From the NCBI GenBank assembly GCA_030704615.1, contig CM060732.1, positions 73,718,001 to 73,782,000 of the forward strand: a stretch of 64,000 bases of DNA, in the 5' to 3' direction. Of this stretch, positions 25,806 through 39,766 are shown in pieces; the first letter of the stretch is position 1, and each line of letters starts with the position of its first letter. Made by a program: the position numbers and the translations under genes. The notes below the pieces were generated by a model. It was given only the letters and a program-made list of their open reading frames with translations, was not told where the DNA came from and did no database searches. The DNA comes from Takakia lepidozioides. Lineage: Eukaryota > Plantae > Bryophyta.

Positions 25806-27175
25806 TGCTATGATAGCATTTGATAGGATTGATAGCTAACCGGGGAGGATTTGAGAGGGCCTCTCTCTCCAGTCTGAAGCCAACTTATCAGATTTCAACT
25901 TACCATCAGATTGCATGCACGCATTAAGTTTATAGTTTTAACCAGTGCAAAGTAATATTAGCCGGGCCTTGGTATTGAAATATGTTATCATATGCTAACT
26001 CCTTATGAACCTCCTTTGCACAATCTTTGCTTTGAACAAATAACAACACCGGAGGCTGCACACTCTGCACAGCCAATAGTACAAGCCAAGTTGAGACCAT
26101 TGACCCGTGGAAACAAATTCCGATTGATCAGACCATGACATTATTTCTGAAAGGCAACAGAACTTTGAAACCATAGAAAATCTGATCTAGATATTGAGAC
26201 ATCGCAGTAACAAAACACTTACCACTAAATATGCAGCAACTTTCCAGTGGCTGGACCCTTGGGATGGTGAACGATACACAAGCTTTGTGCATCACATTGT
26301 CAGATGTAAAATTTTGCATCCACACAAGTAGTTTAGAGTGTAGAATAAGATGCTGCTCACATCATGCAGACTATAGATAGCTTGTGAATGTAAGCTAGTA
26401 ACCTGCTATGTTCTTGTCATGAACATACTATGTTAAATACATGTAAGGGATTGAGCATCAGACGGTCAGAGGTAAATTACTGAATCCACACAGTGATTTC
26501 TCAGCGGGTAGGAAAAGTCCGGTATAACCACGGGTTGGTAAGATCTACCCAGTCTAGGTCGAGCATCCTTATTTGACAGGAGAGCATTGTGTAGATGCCC
26601 TACACCTCAAGGAGTAGGTCAATAACTTGCTTTTTTACTGGGAAAAAGATGCGGAACTTGCCAAGATTGAAAGTAAATCACAATCTAAAACCAGCACCTA
26701 ATCACAGTCACTTACATATTACCTCTGGAGTAGGGCAAGGAATTACAGCTTGCAGAGCATCTTCACTTGGGACCTGACCCACATCCACCAAGTATATGAG
26801 CTAACAAACTGACATTCACTTTGCAAACTTGACAACATCAGATCAAATATTGGCCACAGTACCTTTGATCTCATCTGAAGAGCTTTACTAGGGTTACCCA
26901 AAACAAAAATGCAAACCACGTACAGACATTCAACTTCAATAGAAACCTCATCCACAAGCCCAGAAAACAATTTAATAGAACTCTGCACCCAAGCGAAAGA
27001 TCACTTCCTCATACTCTTTACACCGATGAAAATTTACTTTTATGTCCTACCGGGTTAACCTTCCAGCAACAAACTCTTAGATTGATAGCATCCATGGGAC
27101 AAGCTATGTTACTCTACCAAAGCCTCATACCAAATACAGATGCCAAATATGCCATTTTGGAGATCCCTACACAGT

Positions 27176-27692
27176 TAAGGGCTTATCTACTACTCATGTC
27201 AGTTGCACGATACAATGCAGTACTGCCAAGCAACCAGGCAATACCTGGAAAATGTTAACAGTCCTTCGTACCAAGGTCACAAGGTAATTTCTTAACTCTG
27301 GCATAGCGAGGGGTGGATAGACAAGAGTGTTTCCTAGGCACTCAGGCCTTATGCTGTAGCTTCAGGGAACGGACCCATTGACACCAAAGCAGCCAACGAT
27401 CAGTTTGTAAAGCAACAATTGGTAATAAAAAAAGCCTGTAGACATTAATAAATAAGGGCTTATCTACTACTCATGTCAGTTGCACGATAAACTGCCAAGC
27501 GACCAGGCAATACCTGGAAAATGTTATCAGTCCTTCGTACCAAAGTCACAAGGTAATTTTTTAACTCTGGCATAGCGAGGGCTGGATAGACAAGAATGTT
27601 TCCTAGGCACTCAGGCCTTGTACTGTAGCTTCAGGGAACGGACCCATTGACACCAAAGCAGCCAACGATCAGTTTGTGAAGCAACAATTGGC
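27176..27692 (+). repeat. Recent tandem duplication, ~245-bp unit x2
   Basis: TAAGGGCTTATCTACTACTCATGTCAGTTGCACGATA...AAGCAACAATTGG at 27176-27422 and 27454-27692. Confidence 0.92.
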
Positions 27693-28899
27693 AAGGAAGG
27701 AGAGCAAGAGAAGAAGCATGCTCACATGTCTTGAACACTAGTTGCGTCATTTCCCTCGCCATTTGTTCGAAGGAACTGAGCAGCTCCACAACCCACATTC
27801 GTAGTCACCTCCCAAAAGACGCAACCGCTGGAATAGTCGGAGCTGATTGCAGCAGGACTGTGCATAGTGAACTAGGGTTGATTGCTGTGGCTGACCAAAG
27901 TTTTTAAGCAGTATCCATCCCACTATACATACTCTCGCCCACACGACCCGAGGCTATGGGCCTTTCCCAATCTCTTTAGTGCTGAGTGCTGCTCTCTCGT
28001 CCATCCGCCTTCTGCACTGCCACTGAGGTCTCCAGAGTCCTCAGAGTCCATTTCCTGGCCTCTTCGTTTCCTCCTCATTCTTCCTCTCGCTCCCCACTTC
28101 TCAATACACAGTTGTTTGTCTTCCTGCCTACTTATGTCTTACTTCCCTCCGTGTAAAACCCTCCTCAAGAAACCCTAAACATTCTCGATCGCACGATCTG
28201 ACCTCCTACATCGTGCGACCGTTATGTTTCCACAGATTTAATCAGCACAGGCTTTTTCCCTAACTTATGTGTGAGAGCAGAGGCGCAAGTGAAGTGGCAA
28301 GCCTATTTTATTTTATTTTATTTTATTTTATTTTTTAAATTGAATCCCTGATTACTTTATTAATAATTATTGAGGGGAAAAAATTAAAACCCCGTTGTCG
28401 CCATAAGGCACACACACCGTATTCAGTGTATTATGAGCCAATCATCTCCTAATGGAGATTAAATCTGAAGAACAAAATAACGTCCCTCTACTAATGGACA
28501 TTTACACACAGATCCATGATCCAGGAGCCAAACACCTCCGATTGGAGGAAAGTCCAAGAGACCAAAAAACAGGGCTCTCTGCTCGAGACCTAAAGTCTTA
28601 ACAACGCATACCCTACTCTGTCTACGATGACGCAGGGAGAGTGATGTCAGGAGAGAGTAATAAGACCTTTGAGTATGGGGGAGCAGAGAGAGAGATCTAT
28701 ATATAGTGCAGCTTAGAAGCAGTCGATGAAGGCTTTTGATGTTTCCAATTAATGTCCCATTCAAACTCCAGGGAAAGAGTGGAGTGGTGCACGAAGATCT
28801 CGCCAGGCCTGAGGGGGGAGCTCGTTCCAGCTGCATTGGTCTTGCACAGGGCTGCTGCATATGAGGCCCTGTCTGCCCCAGGTGTGTTGAAACTTCATG

Positions 28900-31800
28900 T
28901 GGAGCGCTGCTGCATTAATGGCGTCACGTTCAATGTCTGCACAGAGTTTGCCCCAAGCTTTCCTAGCCTCAGTTTGTAGATCCCAAAAAACAGTGGCAAG
29001 GAGAGAGGATGTTGTTGTCGTGTGGCCTTGGAAAGTGTGTTCTTACAACGTAGTTTCCATAAGTGTCACATTGCAGAGGCCCTGAGGGTTTCAAACACCA
29101 GGCAATTTATTCTTGGAAACTGGATCACAGTTAAGAAGGAGGTTTGTATCCGTGAGCTGTCTTCTGTCCCAATATCTATAGAATGACTTAACATATGGCC
29201 AGATTTTGGCTGGTGCTTGACATGAGAGAAGACAATGTTCGATGGATTCCAATACTGCAGTGGAACAGCAAGCACACAAGAGGGCTCCCTGGAACTGTAA
29301 ACACTCCCCAACTTTGAGTTCTCTATTGACAACCTGCCATAGAAAAGCTGCTATCTTTGATGGGCGGGTTTTGATCCACACTGAACCCCAAATAATTTTC
29401 CAGTTCTCATCGCTGAAGTTGTAGAGCCCCCATTTTTATTCCCATTTTTTGTGCATGGGTTGGGTGACTGACAGAGCGTTGTAGCCCTTTTTGGTTGTAA
29501 ATGCAAAGAAGGGTTCTGGGGAATTGTTGAATTTCCACAACCATTCGGAAGGGTCAATTTCCAATTCTGCCAGCGACCTGCCATAATCCATACAAAGGAG
29601 TTGGTTGCTAGCCAAAGCTCTAGTGGTAATAGTGAGGGATGGCTGGGGATTCATTCCCTTATCCGTGGGTGTCCAACAGCAGACACGGACTGGGGTGAGA
29701 GGCATAGCTCGGATTGTCAAAGGTTCTGTAGAGGTAAGTGTGAGTCTTAGGGAGGTGGTGTTGATGGCGAATGTGTAAACAGCTATGTCATTTATGGATA
29801 TGTCATCAACGAATACAATAGTAAGCTGGTTGTGAAGCATGATGAGTGCCCAGGATTTTGGGACTGGTTCCAGAGGGCCCGCGGAAAGGGTGGCCAACCA
29901 CTGCAATGGTATAGATTAAACAAGTTGTTGATTGCCTTTAGTAGCCCTTGTGAGGCCCACAGCCTGAGCCATGGATTGTAGAGTTATGAGACCGTTCCCT
30001 GACCATATGTTATGAATCTGTCTGATGCCAAGGCAGTCCCATTTGGACCACCTTTTTGCCTGGTTTTTCTGAGAAGGGGTCAGAGGAGTGTCGTTTAGAA
30101 ACAAGTGTTGTCTCTTAACTTCATAGAAGGTACTTGGCTGGGCTTTTACAAGCAGTTTCCTTAGCCGCCCCCAGGCTAACCAGATGTTAGACCATAGAGT
30201 AGATCCCACTGTCTTAAGATTAAATCCTTGAGTGAGCCAACGTAGGGAAGGGCTCCATTGGGTAGTCTTGAGGGGGGAGGATTTTGTAATGTGGTCATAG
30301 ACCAAGAATTTCCACCATCCCCCCTCCGGCCCTAGAAACCTGGTATCCATTTGCCAAGAAGAGCTACAATCTGTGTTTCTGGATCGAGTATCCCTAACCC
30401 CCCCTTTTTTTTTAGGTAAACAGATTTGAGCCCAGGCTACAAGCGGACGTTTGTTTTGGGATGAGGTCTCGGCTCCCCAGACAAAGTTCCTAAGCAGACG
30501 CTTAATTTCCTGACTTTGTTTAGAGTTTGGGCGCCAGGAGGAAGCATAATACCATAATCCAGCAGAATGAATCTGATTAGCAACAAGGGCTCTTCCTGTA
30601 ATTGAGAGATGTTTTGAGCCCCAGTAAGTCAGTTTCCTCTTCAAGTTGGTCACTGTGGCAGCAAAAATCTATTGGTCTGTCAGTCCAATTCCATATGTGT
30701 AGCCCAATAGTGTGGTGGTCTCCCCAGGTTTGAGCCACCTTAGCCCTTGATCCATTCCCCATGAGGGCGGGGATCCCATTGTGGATTTTGAGAGGTCACC
30801 TACCAGTAATCCTGAAGTTTTATTCCAGTTTACTTTGAATCTAGATGCTGCACAAAACTTGTTCAAGGTAAACCCTGCCTGGTCCAAGTTTTCCAGAGTG
30901 GTTTGCACCATTAAAAAGGTATCATCAACGAACATTGAGTCCACCAAGAATTTGTACTGCCTGGTAATGTAGTTAGTGACCCTGAGGCCCTTTATAAACT
31001 GATTTTGCTGTAGCATATAGCCTAGTGTATCTGCTACCACCAGAAACAGGAAAGGTGAGAGGGGACACCCTTATCGCACTGAGCACTGCAGAGGGAACAA
31101 AGCTGATAAATGGCCATTGACTGAGACTCTGCTAGATGCATCGGTGAGTAGTATCCTGACCCATTTGCAAAAGGATTGGGGAAAACCCAATTTAGCCAGG
31201 GCTGCCAGCAAGTATGACCGTTCGACACGATCGAAACCTTGTTTGATTTGGCCTAATTATAGTTGGAAGGAGAGGCTGCAATCTGAGGGCCAGTGCCTTC
31301 GCCACTATCTTGTAAGCGACATTGAGGAGGGTTATGGGTCGATAATTGGATATGTTTGTTCTATCACCCTTTTTATAGAGTAAGATTATAACCCCTTGTG
31401 TCATAATGGGGGGCATGTGTCCCCGTTGAAACAAGTGGTTTGCCATTACAGTGAAATCCCTTGAGATTTCCGGCCACAATGCTTTGTAAAATTCCACTGA
31501 TAAACCGTCTATGCCCGGAGATTTGTTGTTCTGTAGTTTGGATAATGCTTCACCCAGCTCTATATCTGTGAAATCTCCTTCTAATTGGGAAGCGAACTGG
31601 TGGGACAGCAGGGTAGGGGTGTGGATCAAACAGGATGTTTGTTCTTCTGTTGGTTGCAGGGAGTCGAGGTCATTATGAAAAAGATTATGGAAGTGCCTGC
31701 CAGCCAGCTTGGCCATGGCCTTTGGTGTAGAAGTTGAAGTGCCTGATGGCTGTTCAATGAGCTCAGATATTGTTTGAGAGACACGTCTCAATCTTGTTTT

Positions 31801-32955
31801 GTCGAAAAAATATTTATTCATTTTTTCTCCTTTTGTAGACCAGTTGACACCCGCCTGCAGTTTCCACTTCCTCTCCTGGATTTTGTGATGAATATCAAGG
31901 TTGTTTCTGGCTTGGACATATGTACGGTATGTGTCTTCATCACAGCGAGCAGACTTTAAGGCATTTATTTAAGGCCATGACCTTCCTCTTTCTGATGCTT
32001 GCTAGTTCCTGACTCATCCTCTGACTTTCAATATTGACAGCCTTCAACTTGGCCAAGAAGAGATGCGTAGGGTCCAGGAGGTCACTTCCCGCCTGAGTCC
32101 AAGCCCTTAGCAGGCCTTGCTTGAAGCTTGGCAACTTAAGGAGGAGGTTATTTATTTTGTAAAGACCTCTACCCCTTTTATAAGAGTCCGGTAGGGTTAT
32201 GGAGAGGGTAATTGGTGCATGGTCAAAGCTTAAGGGTATTGGTTCTTGAGGGGCTCTCTTTGCATATTGAACTAGGTCAAGGGAAAGATAAGCCCTGTCA
32301 AGACGGGCCATACTTAGATCTGCAAGAGAATGGTTATTGGACCAGGTAAAGGTGATGTTTGATGACTGTCCAAAGATTGGCACTGCTTCCGTGAGGTTGT
32401 GTGTTTGCATGCAGTTGAACCACTGGTCCATTTCTTCTGGGTTTGAGGTAAATAACCCCGCGCCTCTTCTATCCTCTTGCATCTCCACCATATTAAAATC
32501 TCCAGACACTATCCAGCTATCTATTGAAGGTTGTTCCCTCATTTTGGTGTTGAGAGTGTTCCAAAATTCTGCTCTGTCAGTAGAATTGTTGGGTGCATAG
32601 ATATTCACCAGCCCAATCGGACCTGTTGAGTTGGGTAGGGATAAGGCACAAAATTGCAATCTTCCGGGGACCAGGTGTCTAGCGTAGTGAGGAACGGTTG
32701 AATGGTAGGTGAAAGAAGTATTGCAGTACCTCCTTTCGTTCCCGTGGAAGTGGGTTTCCATAACGAGTTGGCCAATGGCCATAAATAATCAGAGAGGCTA
32801 TCTATTTTCCCTTGATCTAGTTTATGCTCTTGCAGAAATATGATGGAATGATTTGCAAGGAAGGGAGTCAGCCAGGTTTTAATTTTCAGCCTTTTTAGAG
32901 AAGCTGGGTCTGCTCCCAACCCTCTTATATTCCATGAATGGAGGTTAAAGATCAT
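28900..32955 (-). pseudogene. LINE ORF2 (endonuclease-RT-zinc finger), frameshifted
   Basis: SWNIRGL, FLQEHK, NIYAPN, GDFN, ARLDRAY, DHAPI (APE); KSPGIDG, NYRPITLLN, MFVDDT (RT); CACC..ESIEHCLLSC. Motifs are spread over several ORF pieces. Confidence 0.92.
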
Positions 32956-34376
32956 TGGCAGGTCGTGGTAGGCTGAGGCTGACAGTCTCATTTGATAGCC
33001 TAGAAGTGTGGTAGAAGAATTTAACCCTACTGTCTCTTGGTCGCAGGGAATTTTTCCAAACATAATTGTCCGGGCGCATAACATCCAACATCTAGCAGTG
33101 TTACCAAATAAAACCTGATAAATGAAACAGGGTGAGGGAGAGGATGGTACCTTGTTTGGGGAAGGTGGAGAGGAGGGAGTTAAGACCTTGGGTGGAGAAG
33201 TCACTTGAGAGTTCGGCAGCAAATTAGCCTGGGTTGTGTCAATGATTGTTGGGGAGGATAATTGTTTAGCTCCTTTCGCCGAGTCCATTATGTTGTGATT
33301 CCCCTCCTGCGTAGAAGATTCCACCTGGGAGTCTGAGGAAGAGTGAGAGTGATCTGCCCGCCTGGTGCCATTAATATGATCTCTTGTCCTTTGAACCTCC
33401 ATTCTGTAATTGTCCCCATCCACTTCAGAGTCCAAGTGGGCTCCCAACAACTGAAACCCATTTATCAGGGTATCCTGGTTATGAGTTTGCAAACTGTGAC
33501 TCCCTCTGGGGACTGAGAGCAAATCCTCATAAGTCCAGATAGCCTTGATCGATGGAGGTGAGGCATAAATTTATGCATCCTCCATCAGGGCTAGAATGTG
33601 GGTTGAAGGTTTGACACTAAGTCCAGGATGGTCTTCCAGGTATGCCCCCCATGAGATTTTGGTGAGGGGTGAAAGTGAATAGTGTTTTTGTTGCTTGAGG
33701 AAGAACTACTAAATTTTCCCCTTGAACAGAATTTGCGAATTGGTATTGGATGGGTTGGATTGCAAGAAATGCTTGAGATCTACTGATGTTATCCATAATG
33801 ATTCGACCGTTTCCCAGTCGTTTGATGTAATCAGGATAGCCGGGGGTTTGCTTTTTCGAAAGATCAAGGGTGTCACACATGCTGCCTTCGGGGAATCGAC
33901 AATTTCCAGTGTTGAGCATCCCACCAAGTTTAGGTGTGGGAAAGCCGATTTGGAGACAGTTGTTAGCGAACCTGGAGTTACAAGCAATTCCAGTGGTGAT
34001 TTTGGGGAAGGAATTACTAGTAGGAAGTGTCAATCTGACTACTCTTGGGGGTGAGCTATCCTGATGCTTTCCTTTTCCTGGGCTGATAGATGCCCCCTGC
34101 TGTTGTGTTTCCGTAAGTTTTCCTTTCCCTTTTGTGATGGCATCCATGTTGCTGGTGGGCCATCAGCTCTTCTTGCATAGGATCCTTGGGTGTCTCTTCC
34201 CTACCGGGGCTTTGCCATGATCTGAGTTGTAGAGGGTCATTTGGTATATTGTGCAGGGTTTGTTGCCCTCGGGGAATTGTTGAAGGCCCGGGTTGTGGTG
34301 TGGGAGACTGTAATTCCTGCCAGTGATCTGCTGCTGATTTTGGGCCCCCTCCTTGTTCTTGTCTCCATGGTCTGGA

Positions 34377-35103
34377 TGTCGCGGCCCTTTGCCTTGAGGG
34401 CAGGGGGTCGGGACACATGAGGAGCTGCCCCTGTGGTGGGGGGCAGCGGCAGCGATAGGTATGGGGGCTGAAGCACCCTTGAGTGCCCAAGGCACTCAAG
34501 GAGGCGGAGGCGCTCACTAGGTGGAGCCCCGCACACCGGGTTGCGGTGGGGGTGGCTCCACAAGGGGTGGTGGTACCTTAGCGGGACTTAGTGGGGGTGG
34601 CATAGGACTCACCATGGGGGCGGAGACCTCGTGGTGGGAGTTGTGGGGAGTCTTGGGACTCATCACGGTCCATAAGGGCCGTGGTGAGTGGGCCAAGACT
34701 CACCGCGACTCATCACCGGGAGTCGAGGGTTTTCGTGGTGGTTCGCCATAAAATGGCATGGCTGGTTGTGAAACCCCCGCGGACAGCTACAGAAGTATAT
34801 ATAGGGAGTAGTAACCCCGAGAACGGTGCAAGCCCGTTGGTGACCAAAAACTAGTGAGTAAGCGAGCGAGCCGGAAAACGACCAAAGAGTGGGGAGCTGT
34901 TCCGGACTGCCATCTACCAAAGGGAATTCTCCTAGTCCCAATTAGGTGGAGGATTTAGAGGGAAGCGAAGGGGGGACCGTTATGTCCCGGTGAGCAGCCG
35001 AAGCTCCAAGTTGGCCCGGGCGGCCAGGTTGGGAGTCAGGCGCGCGCATCAAAGCGAGTAACTATGACTTGAAGGGGAGCTTACCGAAGTGAGGTGCGCG
35101 ACA
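34377..35103 (+). repeat. 5' LTR
   Basis: TG...CA termini and near identity to 40621-41346 (about six substitutions and two homopolymer indels seen by eye). Confidence 0.97.
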
Positions 35104-35105
35104 CT

Positions 35106-35117
35106 TGGTATCAGAGC
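35106..35117 (+). other. Primer-binding site (initiator tRNA-Met)
   Basis: TGGTATCAGAGC, 2 nt after the 5' LTR. Confidence 0.95.
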
Positions 35118-35158
35118 TTAGAGTTCAGTACGCGATCGTCCTTGGGATTGGCCTTATC

Positions 35159-38100
35159 ATGGGGTCGGGCAAGCCGAAGCGAAAGCGGAACGGCCCAAAA
35201 GATGATGATCCCGGTGAGCCCGATGGGGGCGGCGTGTCACCGAGGCGGCCGTTTGAGGAAGCGATGCATGTTTCCGAAAACGAGGCCGCCCAAGAGCGGG
35301 AGGAATCCGAGGAGTCGGAGCCCGAGGAATCCTTGAGAGCTCCGACAAACCAAGAGATGCCTCCCATGCCGGCAGCCTTTTGGGAAGGGTTGTTGGCGCA
35401 GTTTGGCGGGACGTTGAAAGACGTGTTGAAGGCGGCTAATGCCACTTCCACTAAGGCAAAGTTTAAGGTGAAGCCTAAGGAACCCGGCACCTTCGAGGGC
35501 GTCCGAAATCGAAGGCACTCAACACCTGGCTCTTGGAGCTGGAGCAGTACTTCCGGGCGGCCAAGTTGAGTGACGAGGATCGCGTGGAAGTGGCTCCCAC
35601 CTATTTGAGGGGCTATGCTCAACAATGGTGGCAGAAACGCCTTCACGACCGAGGTCCAAGTCCGGAAACCTTGAACTGGAGTGGGTTCAAGGAATTGTTG
35701 AAGAGACAGTTTGTGCCCCTCAACGCGTCCTGGCGTGCCCGGGACAAGATGAGGAATTTGAAGCAAACAGATGACATTCGGGGTATGTCCAGGCTTTCAA
35801 TGTGCTGTTGCTCGAAGTCGCGGACATGGCAGAACCAGAAATGGTCTTCAACTTGTGGCGGGACTGGCCCCATGGGCCAGGCGGAAGTTGGAGGAGAAGC
35901 CACCCAAGACTTTGAACGAGGCAATTGAGAGGGCTGAATGTTTCTCGGATGTCCCTAGGGGTGAAAGACAAGGCCGTACGGAGCTGAACCACAAGAAGAT
36001 TCGGCGGGAAGGTGACTCCTTCCGACCGGAAAAGAAGTGGGATAGGCCACGCGGCAAAAATGGCACGTGGAAATCAAAGGGAGGGCCTTCACACATCAAG
36101 GCGGCACCCGGTGCTCCGAAAGGAAAAGCGGGTGGAGCGGCTTATGGCGGACAGAAGGCGACCTTTGATGGAGTGTGTTTCAATTGCGGGGAGCCCGGGC
36201 ACATGGCCAAGAAGTGCACGAAGCCCCGGCAATTGAACATGACTCGGGCGACCACGGAGCTGTCGGAAGATACCATCAGTCGCTTGGTGGAAGCGGTGGT
36301 CGCCAGGACTTGCAAGGTAGGCAAATTTTCTTGTGAGTTGTATCAGGAAACTGGTGCCTTACGAAAAAGGAGTCAGTTATTGTTCGTGGATGGGATAATA
36401 TCCGGAACTAATGTGTCGTTGTTGGTGGACACAAGAGCGTCGCACTCCTTCATGACACCGGCAACGGCACAAAAGTTGGGACTCCCGACAAGTGACGTGG
36501 GGGCCTCTATTGAGGTGCGTTCTGCCAAAGGAGAACCGCAGTTGGCGACAAGGTTGGCGATTGATGTTCCTCTTCAACTGGGGAGTTGGGAGGGACGTGA
36601 GAACTTCACCATCTGCGAGATCGATGGAGTAGATCTCATTTTAGGGATGACCTTTTTGAGCAAATCCGGAGCGGTCATAGATGGCCGCAAGAGAGTAGTC
36701 ACGCTGCCATGTGGGAATGGTGGCGAGGTCTTACGAGTGTCGGAAACGCCCAAATCCGTGGGAGGGCGAATAAACCTTCTGTCAGCAAGGGAGTGGGCCG
36801 TGGAGGAGGCACACGAACCCCAGTTTTGCTTTACATTAGAGAAGTGAAGGGAGAAGGCGATGGGGAGCCGAGCCCAGATTGGATCAAGGGGATTTTGGAG
36901 AAATACCAGGATGTGATGCCGGAGGATTTACCAAGCGGCTTGCCACCGCGAAGAGGAGTTGACCACAAGATTGAGGTGATACCGGGATCGGAACCGCCTG
37001 CCAAGGCGCCCTACCAGTTGAGCCACAGAGAGTTGGTCGAGCTGAAGACTCAGCTCAAGGATCTAATGTCAAAGGGGTACATCCGGCCGAGTAAGTCACC
37101 TTACGGAGCCCCGGTGCTATTTGCAGACAAGAAGGATGGGACGCTGCGGATGTGTGTCGATTACAGGGCTCTGAATAAGGTGACTATCAAAAACCGGTAC
37201 CCTTTGCCAAGGATCGACGACCTCTTCGATCGGTTGGCAGGAGCGAAGTATTTCAGCCGGATCGACTTGCGCTCTGGCTATCACCAAATTCGGGTGGCGG
37301 AAGGAGATGAGGAGAAGACCGCGTGCAGGACAAGGTATGGTTCATATGAGTTCTTGGTGATGCCTTTTGGGCTCACCAATGCACCAGCGACATTTAGCAC
37401 GCTAATGAACAGCCTTTTCCAGGAGTGGTTGGATGACTTTATGATCGTGTACATCGACGACATCTTGGTATACTCGAAAACAAAGGAGGAGCACCTGGAG
37501 CACCTCAAAAGGGTGTTCCAAAAATTGCGAGAAGGGAAGCTGTATGCCAAAGCTTCAAAGTGCGAATTCGGGGTCACGAAAGTGGAGTTCTTGGGGCATG
37601 TGATTACACAGGATGGGATCAAAATGGATGACAGAATGGTGAGGGCGATCTTTACTGGGAGCCTCCGACTTCGGTCCCGGGAGTGCGATCCTTCCTAGGA
37701 CTCGCCTCCTATTACCGGAAGTATGTGAGAAATTTCGCCAAGATCGCGGGGCCGCTGTTGGACCTTCTGTGTAAATCCAAAGTCTGGGTATGGAACACAT
37801 TGTGTGGCCAAGCTTTTGCTGAATTGAAGCAGCGGATGACGGAAGCTCCAGTCTTGAAAATCCCGGAGTTCGATCGTCCGTTTGAGATTCATACAGATGC
37901 ATCGGACTTCGCGATTGGGGGTGTACTTATGCAAGATGGACGTCTAGTGGCTTACAAAAGTAAGAAACTGAATGAAGTGGAGCGACGGTGGCCGACGCAC
38001 AAAAAAGAGATGAAGGCGGTGGTGCATTGCCTTGAGCTCTGGCGCCACTATGTTGGTTCCAACACAGTGAAGGTGTTCACGGACAATGTCACGGTGAATT

Positions 38101-39766
38101 TGCCACGCAGCCCAAGTTGTCCCCAAAACAACTTAGGTGGCAAGATACTTTGGCAGTGTTCGACGTGGATATCCAATACAAACCGGGACGGGACAATGTG
38201 GTGGCCGATGCTTTAAGTAGAAAGCAGCAGCTCTTGTTGGTGTACAAGGGCGAGACGGCGCTCCATAGGAAGATCCGGAAGGCTTGCCGGAAGGATGAGC
38301 TGGCGAAGTCCGTGATGCAGGACTTGAGGATGGGGGTTAAATCGCAGTTCCACTTGCAAAATGGACTGCTCCGGTATAAGCAAAAACGTCTCTACATGCC
38401 GAAGGGAGGGATCAGAGATAGCCTCTTGAGAGAATGCCATGATAGCCCGCTTGCGGGCCACGGCGGAGCCAAGCGCACTGCGGCACTCCTGAAGAAAGAG
38501 TATTTCTGGCCCAAACTGAGGGAGGAGGCAGAGGAGTATGTCAAGACATGCACCACATGCCAACAAAACCGGAGCGAGTACAAAAAGCAAGCGGGGCTGT
38601 TACAACCCTTGCCGATTCCAGAGGGGACTTGGGAAAGCGTCTCGATGGATTTCATGACTGCTATGCCGCTGTCAAAAGGATTCGATGCAATCATGGTGGT
38701 GGTGGATAGGTTCAGTAAAATGGGCCATTTCATCCCCACCAAGGAGACGGCAACGGCGCAGGAGACAAGGCGACTTTACTTCACCCACGTCTTAAAACAT
38801 CATGGAGTCCCGAAGGATATTGTCTCAGATCGCGATCCAAAGTTTACGAGTAAATTTTGGAGGACACTTTGGAAGAAGATGGGGATAAGGCTGAAGATGA
38901 GCACCGCCTTCCGACCTACGACGGACGGCCAAACGGAAAGAGTGAATTCCGTAGTGAAGCAATTCTTGCGGAATTACGTGTCGGCAGACCAATCAGACTG
39001 GATGGAACACTTAGACGCGGCAGAGTTCTGTTATAATAACACAGAACACTCCGCAACGGGAGTTTCCCCTTTCGTGTTGGTCTATGGAAAAGCACCTCTG
39101 GTGCCGACAAGTTGGGCCGCCCAGGACGTTGAGGAACCGGCAGTAGCGGCGGTACTGGAAGAACGCGAGCGTTTGTTGAAGCTCGCAAAGTACAATATTG
39201 CCAAAGCTAGGAAACGGTATGAAAGGCAGGCGAATCGGAAGCGGAGGGAAGTGAAGTTTGAGGCAGGCACAGAGGTCTGGTTGAACATCAAGAATTTCCG
39301 ACTACCTCCGGAAGTGAGTCCGAAGTTCGTACCTCCGTATGCGGGACCCTTTCGCATTCGAAAGGTTATGAATGAGGATGTGTATGAATTGGAGCTGCCG
39401 GCAAACAGCAAGGTGCACCCAGTATTCCATGTCTCCCTTTTGAAGCCTTACTTCAAAGATGAAGCGCGTCTGAATCGGCATCAAGTGTTGCGTCCGCCAC
39501 CTATGCTGTTGGATCATGAAAATGAACCTGAGTACGAGGTGGAGGCAATACTTAAGTCGAGGAGGTTCAGGAACCGAGAAACGGAGTATCTCGTCAAATG
39601 GAAGGGCTATCATCATGTGGAGGCATCTTGGGTGCGTGCCTCAGAAATGGGAAACGCATCCGAGGCGGTTGCAGCTTTGAAGGGCGACCTCAAAAGCGGA
39701 AGAAGCGTTGATGGGGACATCAACCTTGGAGCGTGGGGGAGGAAATGCATGCTTAGCCCAGTTTAG
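35159..39766 (+). pseudogene. gag-pol polyprotein with several frameshifts
   Basis: CFNCGEPGHMAKKC; LVDTRASH (protease, G>R); [11 protein letters not shown] and YIDD; HTDASDFAIG; HDSPLAGH..CTTC; DRD and GQTER; chromodomain EYEVEAIL...YLVKWKGY...SW. Confidence 0.93.
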
